This document shows, one piece after another, positions 18,901-28,700 of a stretch of 64,000 nucleotides of DNA. Location of the stretch: positions 615 through 64,614 of the forward strand of contig JAGWNA010000006.1 in assembly GCA_028871555.1 (NCBI GenBank), in the 5' to 3' direction. Source of the DNA: Lysobacteraceae bacterium. GTDB taxonomy: Bacteria; Pseudomonadota; Gammaproteobacteria; Xanthomonadales; Rhodanobacteraceae. The translations under genes and the position numbers were made by a program. How positions within the stretch are numbered: position 1 is the first letter of the stretch; each line of letters starts with the position of its first letter. The notes beneath the pieces were generated by a model. That model was not told the DNA's origin, did no database searches, and saw only the letters and a list, made by a program, of their open reading frames with translations.

Positions 18901-19437
18901 TCAACCGCCGGATCCCTTGCGCGGCCGGCGCGGGCCCGGCGCGGAGCGGTGCCCCTGCGTGGCGTCGATCCGGTCGATCCAGCCCGCGCGGGACTGCGCA
19001 AACGCATCGGCGTAGGGCACGTACGGCTTGATGTCGAGGATCGGCGTGCCGTCCAGCAGATCCACTCCGCGCACGCGCAACGCGTGCGCGTCGACGGCCA
19101 GCAGCTCGACCGCGGACAGGCCGATCGGGTTGGGGCGATGCGGCGAGCGGGTGGCCAGCACACTGCGCTTGCCACCGCCGCGCGGCGGCCGCACTTCGGG
19201 TTTCCAGCCCTCGCTGCGGTGGAACACGAACAGCAGCCAGATTCGTTCGAAGCCGGCCAGGTCGCGAAACGCCGCGGCGGGGAAGCCGGGTACGAAATCG
19301 ATCACCGCTTCGGCCATGTTTCCGCTCGCGGTGCCCTCGACCACCGTGGCCTGGTGCGGCGCATCGATGCGCTGCGCATAGGGCGAACGGACGAAGGCGA
19401 TCGGATGGCAGGACCAACTGCTGGCGTCGTCGTGCAT
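18901..19437 (-). CDS. trmO: tRNA (N6-threonylcarbamoyladenosine37-N6)-methyltransferase
   Basis: ATRSPHRPNPIGLS, GVDLLDGTPILDIKPYVP. Confidence 0.9.
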   Translation of the reverse strand: MHDDASSWSCHPIAFVRSPYAQRIDAPHQATVVEGTASGNMAEAVIDFVPGFPAAAFRDLAGFERIWLLFVFHRSEGWKPEVRPPRGGGKRSVLATRSPHRPNPIGLSAVELLAVDAHALRVRGVDLLDGTPILDIKPYVPYADAFAQSRAGWIDRIDATQGHRSAPGPRRPRKGSGG

Positions 19438-19595
19438 GGCAATCCGGGGAGCGGCGATGGTGGGGATTATCCCACTGCCGCACCGACCGCGATCGTCTTC
19501 GCTGCGTAGTGCACGCGAACGCTGCCGGCGCGGCGGTGCTTTCCAAATGCGCTTCGCACGCGCACCATGCTGGCCCGGCCATCGGTGACGCAGGC

Positions 19596-20153
19596 ATGAG
19601 CAACTTCGACGACGAGCACGACCACGACTACGACCACGACCACGACTTCGGCTTCGGCTTCGACGAGGACGGGGATGACTCGCCGGAGGCGCTGGTCTGG
19701 CAGTTGCTGCAGCTGATCAACCCGGGTGACGAGGAAGCCGCACTGCAGCAGTTCGCCGATTACCGCGAGGCGGTCGCCGAGGCCGATCCCGATGACGTGG
19801 TGCCGATCGAGGTGATCGGCCGGGTGATCGACTGGCGCTCCGGTTTCATCGTCGACGCGCACGACCTGCACTCGCTGGTGCAGGCGATCGACGAGCTGAG
19901 TTCGCGCTGGAACCTGGCGATCGACTGGAACGGCGATCCGCACGACGACGAATTCTTCGACGACCTCGACGCGGCCGCGCTGTTCGCGATCGCCCACGAC
20001 CGTCTGGCCGAGTCCGGCTACACGCTGTGGGCGCGGGAAACCGGAGGCGACAGCTACGCCGGCTGGATCACGCTGACGCGCGACCGCGAACCGCTGCGCG
20101 AACTGGCCACGGCGCTGGAGATCGAGCTGCGCCTGGGCAGCGAAGTGAGTTGA
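19596..20153 (+). CDS. Acidic hypothetical protein (DUF6630-like)
   Basis: Asp/His-rich N-terminus; good coding composition; in line with the downstream HAD gene. Confidence 0.7.
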   Translation: MSNFDDEHDHDYDHDHDFGFGFDEDGDDSPEALVWQLLQLINPGDEEAALQQFADYREAVAEADPDDVVPIEVIGRVIDWRSGFIVDAHDLHSLVQAIDELSSRWNLAIDWNGDPHDDEFFDDLDAAALFAIAHDRLAESGYTLWARETGGDSYAGWITLTRDREPLRELATALEIELRLGSEVS

Positions 20154-20158
20154 GCGGC

Positions 20159-20869
20159 ATGCTGAAGCTGATCGGGTTCGACGGCGACGACACGCTCTGG
20201 CACAGCGAGGGCTACTACCAGCGCGCGAACGCCGGGTTCGCGGCGATCCTGGAAAACTACGTCGACCTCGGCGACGTGCACGCCACCCTGCTGGCGACCG
20301 AGCGGCGCAACCTCGAGTTGTTCGGCTACGGCGCCAAGGGCATGACCCTGTCGATGGTGGAAACCGCGATCGCGATCACCGGCGGGCGCATCAGTGCCGC
20401 CGACATCCATCGGCTGGTGGAGCTCGGCAAGAGCGTGCTCGGCCATCCGGTGGAACTGCTGCCGGGTATCCGCACGGCGGTTGCGGCGGTGGCCGCGCGG
20501 CACGAGGTGGTGCTGATCACCAAGGGCGACCTGTTCCATCAGGAGAAGAAGGTTGCGCAATCGGGGCTGGCCGATCTGTTCCGCCGCATCGAGATCGTGT
20601 CGGAAAAGGACGCCGCCACCTATCGCCGCGTGCTGGACGAGTTCGGGCTGCAGCCGTCGCAGTTCGCGATGGTCGGCAACTCGCTGCGTTCGGATATCGA
20701 GCCGGTGGTGCGGCTCGGCGGCTGGGGCGTGCACCTGCCATACCATGTGACCTGGGCGCACGAGCTGGAGCACGCGCTGGGCGATGAAGAAGATCGGGTG
20801 ATCACGGTGGCCGCGCCGTCGGCGATTGCGACGGCCGTGGCGCAGCTGGCCGCGCGGGCGGCGGCTTGA
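20159..20869 (+). CDS. HAD-family hydrolase
   Basis: GFDGDDTLW, LITKGD, VSEKD, MVGNSLRSDI. Confidence 0.9.
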   Translation: MLKLIGFDGDDTLWHSEGYYQRANAGFAAILENYVDLGDVHATLLATERRNLELFGYGAKGMTLSMVETAIAITGGRISAADIHRLVELGKSVLGHPVELLPGIRTAVAAVAARHEVVLITKGDLFHQEKKVAQSGLADLFRRIEIVSEKDAATYRRVLDEFGLQPSQFAMVGNSLRSDIEPVVRLGGWGVHLPYHVTWAHELEHALGDEEDRVITVAAPSAIATAVAQLAARAAA

Positions 20870-20927
20870 ATCCGCGCCGGCGCGTGCCCATGGATGCGTG
20901 CAACCCCCGGCCCCGGAGCGCCACGCC

Positions 20928-21890
20928 ATGCATGCCCTGATCTTCGACCGGTTCGGCGGCCCCGAGGTGTTGCGCTGGGCCGAACGGCCCGACCCTGTGC
21001 CCGCGCCCGGCCAGGCGCTGGTGCGGATGAAAAGTGTCGGTCTCAATTTTGCCGACGTGTACCGGCGCAACGGCAACTATCACCTGAGCGGCAGCGCGCC
21101 ATGGGTGCCTGGCTACGAAGGTGCGGGGGTGATCGAGCGGGCGGCGGCAGGCGACCGGCTGTTTCCGCCTGGCAGCCGGGTGGGTTTCGCCGACATGCCG
21201 CTGTCGAATGCGGAGCTGGTCGCGGTGGACCAGGACAAGCTGATCGCACTGCCCGATGACATCACGTTCGACACTGCGGCGGCCACGCTGCTGCAGGGTC
21301 TCACTGCGCAGTACCTGACGACCGACAGCTACCGGGTGCGGCCGGGCGATGTCGCGGTGGTGCATGCGGCAGCCGGCGGCGTGGGTCTGCTGCTGGTGCA
21401 GATGCTCAAGGCGCATGGCGCACGCGTGCTCGGCATCGCCTCCAGCGCCGTGAAGCGCGCCGCCGTGCTCGGCGCCGGCGCGGATGCCGCCGCCGGTTAC
21501 GACGACTGGCGCGGCCAGGCGCACGCGCTCAGCGCGGGCCGCGGCGCCGACGTGGTGTACGACGCGGTCGGACGCACGCTGGGCGACAGTCTGGCCGCGG
21601 CGCGCACCGGCGGCACGGTGGTGTTCTACGGCATGGCCGCAGGCGATCCGGACCCGGTCGATCCGCGCCTGCTGATGGACCGCTCGCTGACGCTGACCGG
21701 AGGCGATCTGTGGAATGTGCTGACCAGCGCGACGATCCGCCGCGAACGTGCCGCCGCCTTGTTTGCGCAGATCCGCGACGGCCGGCTGCGGCCGACTGTC
21801 GCGGCACGCTTTGCCTTGCGCGATGGCGCGCAGGCACATGCCTATCTGGAATGCCGCGAGGCGATCGGCAAGGTGCTGCTGAGCGTGTGA
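20928..21890 (+). CDS. NADPH:quinone oxidoreductase (zeta-crystallin family)
   Basis: GGPEVL, GLNFADVY, GYEGAG, HAAAGGVG, IGKVLL. Confidence 0.9.
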   Translation: MHALIFDRFGGPEVLRWAERPDPVPAPGQALVRMKSVGLNFADVYRRNGNYHLSGSAPWVPGYEGAGVIERAAAGDRLFPPGSRVGFADMPLSNAELVAVDQDKLIALPDDITFDTAAATLLQGLTAQYLTTDSYRVRPGDVAVVHAAAGGVGLLLVQMLKAHGARVLGIASSAVKRAAVLGAGADAAAGYDDWRGQAHALSAGRGADVVYDAVGRTLGDSLAAARTGGTVVFYGMAAGDPDPVDPRLLMDRSLTLTGGDLWNVLTSATIRRERAAALFAQIRDGRLRPTVAARFALRDGAQAHAYLECREAIGKVLLSV

Positions 21891-21913
21891 ACTCCGTCGG
21901 TGTCGTGCGCTCG

Positions 21914-22192
21914 CTATCGCGTGTCGGCGGGCGCGTCGTCGAAGCCGGTATAACCCTCGGGGAAGATCGGCGTGCCGTCGTCCTCCAGGCCCGTCATCGC
22001 GGCCAGCGCCTTGGCGGCGGCGGCTTCGGCGACGTCCTTGGCGCGGAAGCTGCGGTTTTCGCAGATCGCGAAGTAGACCGGAAACCCGTGCCGGCGCGGA
22101 GTGACCGCGATGTACGCGGTATAGCGCGTACCTTCGAGCGTGGCGCCGGAGCGGGCAAGGTAGCTGTCGAACTCGCGCTCGGCCATGGTCAT
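21914..22192 (-). CDS. Small hypothetical protein
   Basis: Fills the gap between genes with normal composition; no known motif. Confidence 0.55.
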   Translation of the reverse strand: MTMAEREFDSYLARSGATLEGTRYTAYIAVTPRRHGFPVYFAICENRSFRAKDVAEAAAAKALAAMTGLEDDGTPIFPEGYTGFDDAPADTR

Positions 22193-22384
22193 CGTTTCCG
22201 GTCAGAAAGCGTGCAGTGTATAGCGCGTCGCGTTGGCCCATCATGGCGCGATGACCTGTGCGAACCGGCCCGTGCCGCGCGCAACGGCACACACTCGATG
22301 CCGCCGAGGTCGCATCGTTTTCGCTGCGTAGGGCGGCACTGCGCGGTAGCATCATTCTCGGCCCCGATCAGCGGAGACAGCGCC

Positions 22385-22573
22385 ATGCTCACGCCCGTCA
22401 GCATCGATTGTCCGTATTGCGGCGAATCGATCGAGATCCTGATCGATGAATCGGCCGCGCCTCAGCGCTACATCGAGGACTGCCAGGTGTGCTGCCGGCC
22501 GATCACGTTGCGGGTGGAGATCGATGCCGACGGCGGGTTGCAGGTGGCGGCAACCGGCGAGAACGACGTTTGA
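22385..22573 (+). CDS. CPXCG-motif cysteine-rich protein
   Basis: CPYCGE...YIEDCQVCCRPI. Confidence 0.9.
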   Translation: MLTPVSIDCPYCGESIEILIDESAAPQRYIEDCQVCCRPITLRVEIDADGGLQVAATGENDV

Positions 22574-22610
22574 GCGACGCGGGGCCGCCGCGCGGGGGTG
22601 GATCCGCAGC

Positions 22611-23303
22611 TCAGGGCGCGTTGGCCGCCGCGGTGCGCGCGGTATCGCAGGCGAGATACGGCGAGGAGCTCAGCCAGCGCGCGTCGGGGTAGTAGGAGAA
22701 CACGTACTGACCGCCTTTCAGCGTATCGATCAGCGGTCGTGCCACCGCGGTGCGTACGGCCGGGCAGCCCCAACTGCGGCCGATGCGGCCTTCGCGTCGG
22801 GCGAATGTCGGGTTCACGTAGCTGGCACCGTGGATCACCAGGGCGCGTTCCAGGGCGTGGTCGTTGATGCCCGGTTCCAGTCCGGCCAGACGCAGCGAGT
22901 AGCCGTTGTGCCCTTCGTAGGTGTCCAGCGTGCGGAACAGGCCGAGGCTGGATTCGAGACTGCCGTCCCGGTTGGAGAAGCGGCGGGCCAGGTTGTCGCC
23001 GGTGTTGCGGCCGTGCGCCACCAGCACATGGAACAGCAGCTTGCGCCGTGCCAGGTCGAACACCCACAGCCGTGGGCTGGTGGACGGCAGCGAATAGTCG
23101 ATCACGGCCAGCCGGTCGGAGGCGGGCTGGCCGTGCGCCACCGCGCAGCGGGTGGCGTCCAGCGCCAGGCCCAGCACTTTCGGATTGGCCTGCGGGGCCA
23201 GCCGCTGCAGGGCGTCGAACAGCGTGGCATCGGCCGCGTGCGCGGGCACGGCGGCGACGACGGACAGCAGGATGGCGCAGATGGCATGGCGCAAGCAGGG
23301 CAT
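22611..23303 (-). CDS. Murein L,D-transpeptidase catalytic-domain protein (YkuD_2 type)
   Basis: IDYSLPSTSPRLWVFDL, VAHGRN, SSLG, IHGASY...GRSWGCPA. Confidence 0.9.
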   Translation of the reverse strand: MPCLRHAICAILLSVVAAVPAHAADATLFDALQRLAPQANPKVLGLALDATRCAVAHGQPASDRLAVIDYSLPSTSPRLWVFDLARRKLLFHVLVAHGRNTGDNLARRFSNRDGSLESSLGLFRTLDTYEGHNGYSLRLAGLEPGINDHALERALVIHGASYVNPTFARREGRIGRSWGCPAVRTAVARPLIDTLKGGQYVFSYYPDARWLSSSPYLACDTARTAAANAP

Positions 23304-23508
23304 CGGCGATTCGGGCGGCCGGAAAAATCCGCAGCCTAGCAGCGCCTCGTTAAGGAGTTGTCAATCGGTCCGATCATCCAGGTCCGGCAGGCCGAGGGGC
23401 GCGACCCGCTGCCGCAGCGGCTTGCGTCGCGCGTTGCCTGTGCTAAGACAGGATCGGAGATCGAGGCCGACGGGAGAAAGTGCAGTGGCGATCCGCAATC
23501 GATCGCGC

Positions 23509-25134
23509 ATGCGATGGGCGTGGCTGGGCTGGCTGCTGATCCTGGCCGCATCGCTGCAGGCGCAGCCGCCGCCGGATCCGGTGGCCGGACAGATCCGCGA
23601 GCGTATCGAGCTGTGGCGCAGCAGGGCACCTGCGGCCACGGGTACCCTGTCCGAGGCCGAGGCGCAGTTCTACGAGCAGCATGCTTTCGCGCCAGCCTGG
23701 GGGCGTGCCGATACGGTCCAGCAGTTGCTGCGGGCGCTGCAGGGCATGACCGGCGACGGGCTCGATCCGCAGGATTACGGCTTGTCGCAGCTGGCGCAGA
23801 GACAGGCTGCGCTGGCCACACCCGCGGCCACGCCGTCGCAGCGCGCGCAGTTCGACCTGCTGGCCACCGAAGCCTATCTCAGCGCCCTGATGGATCTGCA
23901 GCGCGGCAAGGTCGACCCGGCCACCCTGGACCCGCACTGGAATTTCGATGCGCACCAGCTCGATCCCGTCCAGGGCGTGCAGGCGGCGCGGGCGGCGGTG
24001 GACGAGGGGCGCGTGGCGGAGAGCTTCGAGCGTGCCCGCCCGCAGCACCCGATCTATGCGCGACTGCGTACCGCGTTGGCGCAGCTGCGCGCCGTGGCGG
24101 CACAGGGCGGCTGGCTGTCGATTCCGGCTGGGGCCGCACTCAAGCCGGGCATGGACGACCCAAGGGTGCCGTTGCTGCGCCAGCGCCTGCAACTGGGCGG
24201 TTACCTGCCCGTCACCACGCAGCCGCCGGGCGAGCGCTACGACACTGCGCTGGCCGAAGCCGTACGACGTTTCCAGCAGGCGCAATACCTGCCTGCCGAC
24301 GGTGTGCTCGGCGAGGCCACGCGCGCGGCACTGAACGTGCCGGTAAGCGCGCGCATCGACCAGTTGCGGGTGAACCTGGAACGCGCCCGCTGGCTGCTGC
24401 ACCACCTGCAGGGGGATTTCGTGGTGGTCGACATCGCCGGCTACCAGGTGACGTATTACCGCGACGGCGCGCCGGCATGGCACTCGCGCGTGCAGGTGGG
24501 CAAGCCCTACCGCAGCACGCCGGTATTCAAGTCGCAGATCACCTACCTCACGCTCAATCCGACCTGGACCGTGCCGCCCACCATCCTGCGCCACGACATC
24601 CTGCCCAGGCTGCGCAAGGGGCTGGGCTATCTCGCCGCCAACCGGCTGCGCGTGCTGGACAGCCAGGGGCGGCCGGTGGCGCCGTCCAGCGTGGACTGGA
24701 ACCACCCGCGCGGCATCGTGCTGCGCCAGGACGCGGGCTCCGGCAATGCGCTGGGCCGGCTGGCGATCCGTTTTCCCAACGACTATTCGGTGTACATGCA
24801 CGACACGCCGCACAAGGAGCTCTTTGCACGTGAGCGGCGCGCCTTCAGTTCCGGCTGCATCCGGGTGGAGCGGCCGCGCGAACTGGCCGTGCTGCTGCTG
24901 GACGATCCGCAGCAGTGGAACCGCGCCGCGCTCGACCGCGCGATCGACACCGACCAGACGCGGACGGTGAGCCTGCGGCGGCCGGTACCGCTGTTGCTGG
25001 CGTATTGGACGGTGCACCTGGATGACGACGGCACGCTCGGTTTCCGGCCCGACATCTACCGGCGCGATGCGGCCGTGCTCGCCGCGCTGGACCGCCACCG
25101 GCCGATGGCGGCACGCGACCTCATCGAGCCCTGA
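23509..25134 (+). CDS. YcbB/LdtD-like L,D-transpeptidase with PG-binding domain
   Basis: RRFQQAQYLPADGVLG, NPTWTVP, NALGRLAIRFPN, VYMHDTP, SSGCIRV. Confidence 0.9.
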   Translation: MRWAWLGWLLILAASLQAQPPPDPVAGQIRERIELWRSRAPAATGTLSEAEAQFYEQHAFAPAWGRADTVQQLLRALQGMTGDGLDPQDYGLSQLAQRQAALATPAATPSQRAQFDLLATEAYLSALMDLQRGKVDPATLDPHWNFDAHQLDPVQGVQAARAAVDEGRVAESFERARPQHPIYARLRTALAQLRAVAAQGGWLSIPAGAALKPGMDDPRVPLLRQRLQLGGYLPVTTQPPGERYDTALAEAVRRFQQAQYLPADGVLGEATRAALNVPVSARIDQLRVNLERARWLLHHLQGDFVVVDIAGYQVTYYRDGAPAWHSRVQVGKPYRSTPVFKSQITYLTLNPTWTVPPTILRHDILPRLRKGLGYLAANRLRVLDSQGRPVAPSSVDWNHPRGIVLRQDAGSGNALGRLAIRFPNDYSVYMHDTPHKELFARERRAFSSGCIRVERPRELAVLLLDDPQQWNRAALDRAIDTDQTRTVSLRRPVPLLLAYWTVHLDDDGTLGFRPDIYRRDAAVLAALDRHRPMAARDLIEP

Positions 25135-25290
25135 GCGCAGATTCTGGCAGGCATCGCGCCCGATGACCTGCAGCATCTGCGTGCGTACGTCAGTTAGGAA
25201 CGAGCCCTTGGTGACGAGCGCTTCCAGCGCATGGCGGAGGACGCCCCGCCGCGTGCCGCCCGCGTGGACGGCCACCGCGGGCAATCATCT
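25135..25290 (+). pseudogene. C-terminal remnant of a RAYT/IS200-like (Y1) transposase
   Basis: Reads IAPDDLQHLRAYVS*ERALGDERFQRMAE with an internal TAG; resembles the C-terminus of xanthomonad Y1 transposases (recalled, not searched). Confidence 0.45.
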
Positions 25291-25297
25291 AGGATCA

Positions 25298-25396
25298 GAT
25301 TTAATTAGCCACGTCCCCTTTTTTCTCCCCTTTTTTCTGGGTGAGGCGGTCGTTGGCGTAGATGCGCATCGCCGATTTAATTACCTCCGTCACCTT
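25298..25396. repeat. Imperfect 23-nt AT-rich direct repeat flanking a short rhs core fragment
   Basis: GATTTAATTAGCCACGTCCCCTT (25298-25320) vs GATTTAATTACCTCCGTCACCTT (25374-25396), 19/23 identical; 25340-25359 is identical to rhs 27130-27149. Confidence 0.75.
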
Positions 25397-25402
25397 AATT
25401 TA

Positions 25403-25726
25403 CTAGTCCTCAAAATACGGCTCACCGTCGTCGAAATAGAGATCATATTTTTTGCTCAATCTACGCAAATGATCCTCCATGTGCTGAACAGCCAGCTCGA
25501 TTGCTTGAACTTCGTCGGCTCCGTACGTAACCCACTCCTTCTCATCAAGTCCGTCGAAGCTTATGAGACAACCTGACGTCCACCCAGAGACATCGAAGTC
25601 AACCGATCCCGGTTCGACAATAAATGGCTCATGGAGACGAACAGTGAACGCCCTCCGCGTCGGATCATCCTTGAAGGCGTAGGCGAGCCTACGCGTGGCG
25701 ATAACGCGATGCGATGATGTGCCCAC
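25403..25726 (-). CDS. Putative RHS immunity protein (DUF6968-like)
   Basis: GTG start shares one base with the rhs TAG and follows GGAGG; YGADEVQAIELA motif; lower GC. Confidence 0.75.
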   Translation of the reverse strand: MGTSSHRVIATRRLAYAFKDDPTRRAFTVRLHEPFIVEPGSVDFDVSGWTSGCLISFDGLDEKEWVTYGADEVQAIELAVQHMEDHLRRLSKKYDLYFDDGEPYFED

Positions 25727-28700
25727 TATTCTTCCTCCATACACTGTTCGTAATTCTTACGCGCTGCCGCCATGCACATAAACTTCTTCTTTCCCGTCAA
25801 ACTGGCGCATGTGGCCAAACTGCTTCTATAAAGCGCCGCGCAACGATCCTCTTTTCCGTCTTCGTCGACCGGACACTGATTGGGAATATGTCGCCTGGTT
25901 TTGGGGAACAGAACAACAGGATTTACGCTATCTGGCGGTGCTTCATCCTGCGGGCCACCCGCATCTGTCGGATAGACAGTTAGTACGGCGCCGCACACGA
26001 CAGGGTTGGCGACGCAGGCTTCGATGACAGTCCCCGGACCCGCTTCCGGATCAAACTCCGGATCGTTCGCAGGCACCCCTGTGTTGGGAACGGGTCCCGT
26101 ATTAGGAGCAGGTGGCAGCGAGGGGGCAGGCGCAGGCGCGGGTACTGTCTGCGCCTGAAGCCCCGAGGGATCGATGTAGGACAGCGGACTATTCAAGCCG
26201 TAGACGTACGGATTGATGCCGCCGTTGAGCCCGGTGGGATCAGCCTGCCCGAAGCGCCCCGAGGCCGAGTCGTAGTCACGCGCGCCGTTTTGCATCAACC
26301 CGGTTTCGGCATCGAAGTACTGGCCGGGATAGCGCAGGTTGAGCACATAGCCCGTCGCCGACGTCGGTAGCTGTTCGCCAAACGGGTTGCCCTGGTACGC
26401 CCACGACCAGATCAGCGCTCCGGTGCCGTCGGTGACCGCCCGTGGCGTACCCAACGGATCGGCCGTGACATAGTTCACCGTGCTGTCGGTGGCGCTGCCG
26501 TTGATCGTGTTGTCGATCACCGCGACCGGCAGGCTACCCAGCCAGACGTAGGTGCGGCTGATGGCGATGTCTTTCTTGGAGGGCTTCTTCCTGGGGTGCT
26601 TCCCGCTGAAGAGGGTGCCGTACTCGCCGATCAGGCGGCCGGCTTCGTCGTAGGCGTAGCGCTCGGTGAGGTGCTGCGGCAGGGTGGCCTCCTTGCCGAG
26701 GCGCTGGCCGAGGGCGTTGTAGGTGTACGTCGCCACGGTCTGGCCGTTGCGCTGTGCCGCGGCCAGGCGGTTGCGGCCGTTGTAGCTGAAACCGAACGTC
26801 TCGGCGCCGACCACGCTGGCGGTGGTGTTGCCGTCGGCATCGTTGCTGCGCGCGGCGTTGCCGATGCTGGCCAGCTGATGCGTGCCGGGCGTGTAGGCAT
26901 AGGGGCCGGTGGCCAGCCCCGCGGCGGTCTTGCTCAGGCGGTCGCCGGTGCGGTCGTAGGTGTAGCTTTCCAGCGCGCTGCCCGCGTCGCTGATGCCGCT
27001 GAGCCGGTACAGCGGATCGTAGCCGTAGGTTTCCGTGGCCGGGTTGGCGCCGGGGGCGTTGCCCAGCGCGGTGATGTCGCCCGCCGCGTCGCGGGCGAAG
27101 TGCAGGTTCAGCGCCGGGCTGGTCAGGTCGGTGAGGCGGTCGTTGGCGTCGTACGTGCGCGTCACGGTCTGCCCGTTGCCCAGGGTGTAGCGGCTGATCG
27201 GCCCGAACGGCCGGTAGGTGATGGCGCCGACCACCGTGGGCGGGGCCGTGGTGGCGCCGCTGGGGGTCGCCTGCACGCCGCTGATGCGGCCGTCGCTGTC
27301 GTAGGCATAGGCGATCACGGTGTGGTCGGGCGTGCTCTCGCGGCTCAGCCGGCCGGCCGCCGTATAGGCGTACTGCGTGACGTCGGTCTGGGTGGTCGCC
27401 ACCTGCTGCTTCTCGATCACGTTGCCGCGGTTGTCATAGCAGTACACGGTACTCACGCTGGCTTCCACCACGCGCGTCAGCCGGCCGATCGGCGATGAGC
27501 CGCTGCAGCCGGTGACCGTGTCGGGCTCGTCGTAGGCATAGCGGACGTCGAGCGTGCTGTCGACGTAGCCGGTGCCGGTCAGGCGGTCGAGCGCGTCGTA
27601 GGTCGAGGTGCTGACCACGCCCTTGGCATCGGTATGGGTGAGGCGATTGCCGGCCGCATCGTAGGTGTCGGTGCTGGTGCCGGTGTCCGGGCTTTGCCGC
27701 TGCGTGCGATTGCCCAGGCCGTCGTAGGTATAGACGGTATCCAGGCCGTCGGGGTCGGCCACGCCGTCCAGCCGATCCAGCGCGTCATGGTCGAATGCGG
27801 TCTGCGTGTTCGTCGTGGCCGGATCGGTGCCGTTGTAGTTGGCGATCGTACTCTGCAGACGGTTCAGCGCATCGAAGCCCTGGCGGCGCTGGATGCCCAG
27901 CGCGTCGGCGCTGTGCACCAGGTTGCCGTTGCCGTCGTAGCTGTCCGCGTAGCCGGCGCTGAAGACGGTCTGGTTGAGACCATCGACCACCGCCGTGAGC
28001 TGGCCCAGCGTGTTGTAGCTGCGCGAGAGGCTGCGCACCACCGTGCCGGCGGCGCTATAAACCTGTTCCTGTGTCTTGTCGCCGGCCGCATCCAGGGTGT
28101 AGTGGATGCGGTTGCCCTGGGCGTCGGTGATGTCGGTAAGACGGTGGGCGGCATCGTAGGTGAAGCCGGTGGCCACGCCATCGGGGTCGGTCACGGAAGC
28201 CACGGCGCCGTAGGGCGTGTAGCCGAAGCGGGTGGTGGCACCATCGAGGCTGCGCGAGGCCAGCCAGCCGCGCGGGGTGTAGGTCAGGTCGGTATGGGCG
28301 CCGTTGGCGTCGGTGTACCGCGTGATGCGCCCATCGGCATCGTAGGCGTCGATCGTGGTGACGTGGCCCAGGGGGTCGGTGACCTGATACAGGTCGCCCG
28401 GCTGATGGCAGGCACCGCCCGGTGTGCCGCAACCGGTGGCGACGCTGTCGGTGTAGTAGCTGTAGGTGGTGGTCTGGGTGAGGTCGGTGCGAGGGCCGGT
28501 GACGCTCAGCAACAGGCCGACCAAGGGACACTGCGTGCTGTCCACTGTATCGCAGTAGGTGTAGGTCCAGCGGCGCACACCGGCCGGCACGGTGCCGGTA
28601 GCAACGCAGGTGTAGGACGCTGCAGCGACTATCGCCGGATCGATTTCGCAACGTGCAAGCGGCTGGCCGATAGTGTTGTAGACCCAAGAAGTTTTGGCGA

